Assembly: GCF_018350175.1 (NCBI RefSeq)
Contig: NC_058368.1
Location: forward strand, 145,764,001 to 145,828,000
Length of the DNA stretch: 64,000 nucleotides
DNA from: Felis catus
Lineage: Eukaryota
Direction of reading: 5' to 3'
How positions within the stretch are numbered: the first letter of the stretch is position 1; every line of letters begins with the position of its first letter. The notes below the pieces were generated by a model. The model searched no databases. It was not told the origin of the DNA and saw only the letters and a list, made by a program, of their open reading frames with translations. Made by a program: the position numbers and the translations under genes. Below, in pieces: positions 63,707 through 64,000 of this stretch.

Positions 63707-64000
63707 GACATAAATGCAACCATAATGTAATAAATGCAACCCAAAGTATGGAGGTGACCATCTCCATCTCATAGAGGTGACCTCCTATGCCACCTACACC
63801 ATACAGAGGGCCCTTGCATTATCCTTGAAGTTCCATCAAGCCTAATTTCACTCAGCATCAGTGAATAACTGTAGGAATGTGAATGTGGCAAAGACAGTTA
63901 GTACAAACTAAAAATTTTCTGTGCTTTTCTAAATCTCTTCTCTTCCCTGGATTTAGGGCTATGTGAAAATTTAGGCCAATGAACTGTGAGTAGGAGTTAA

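Overview
Repeat-rich, AT-rich, CpG-poor mammalian DNA, almost certainly from the cat family. It carries about 32 feline-type CanSINEs (tRNA-derived head, (CT)n tract, A tail) and young carnivore L1 fragments, over older L1M, L2, MIR, MaLR/ERVL LTR and hAT relics. I can support no protein-coding host exon, RNA gene, CpG island or CRISPR array, so it reads as intronic or intergenic. The long ORFs are L1 ORF2 remnants or chance/SINE frames. The most notable observations are retrotransposition oddities. (1) A 156-bp insertion made only of the extreme 5' end of an L1, with no poly(A), has a perfect 14-bp TSD at an endonuclease-type site inside a SINE (45907-46062). (2) An old L1 5' end appears fused directly to an L1 3' end (63473-63706). 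(3) A poly(A)-only insertion has its own TSD (32171-32202). (4) There is a possible 20-nt 3' transduction, repeated re-use of the same target sites, a hairpin-bearing 46-bp minisatellite, and a candidate exon between inverted SINEs. Repeat family names come from my recall of consensus sequences, not a database search, and old-repeat boundaries are approximate.
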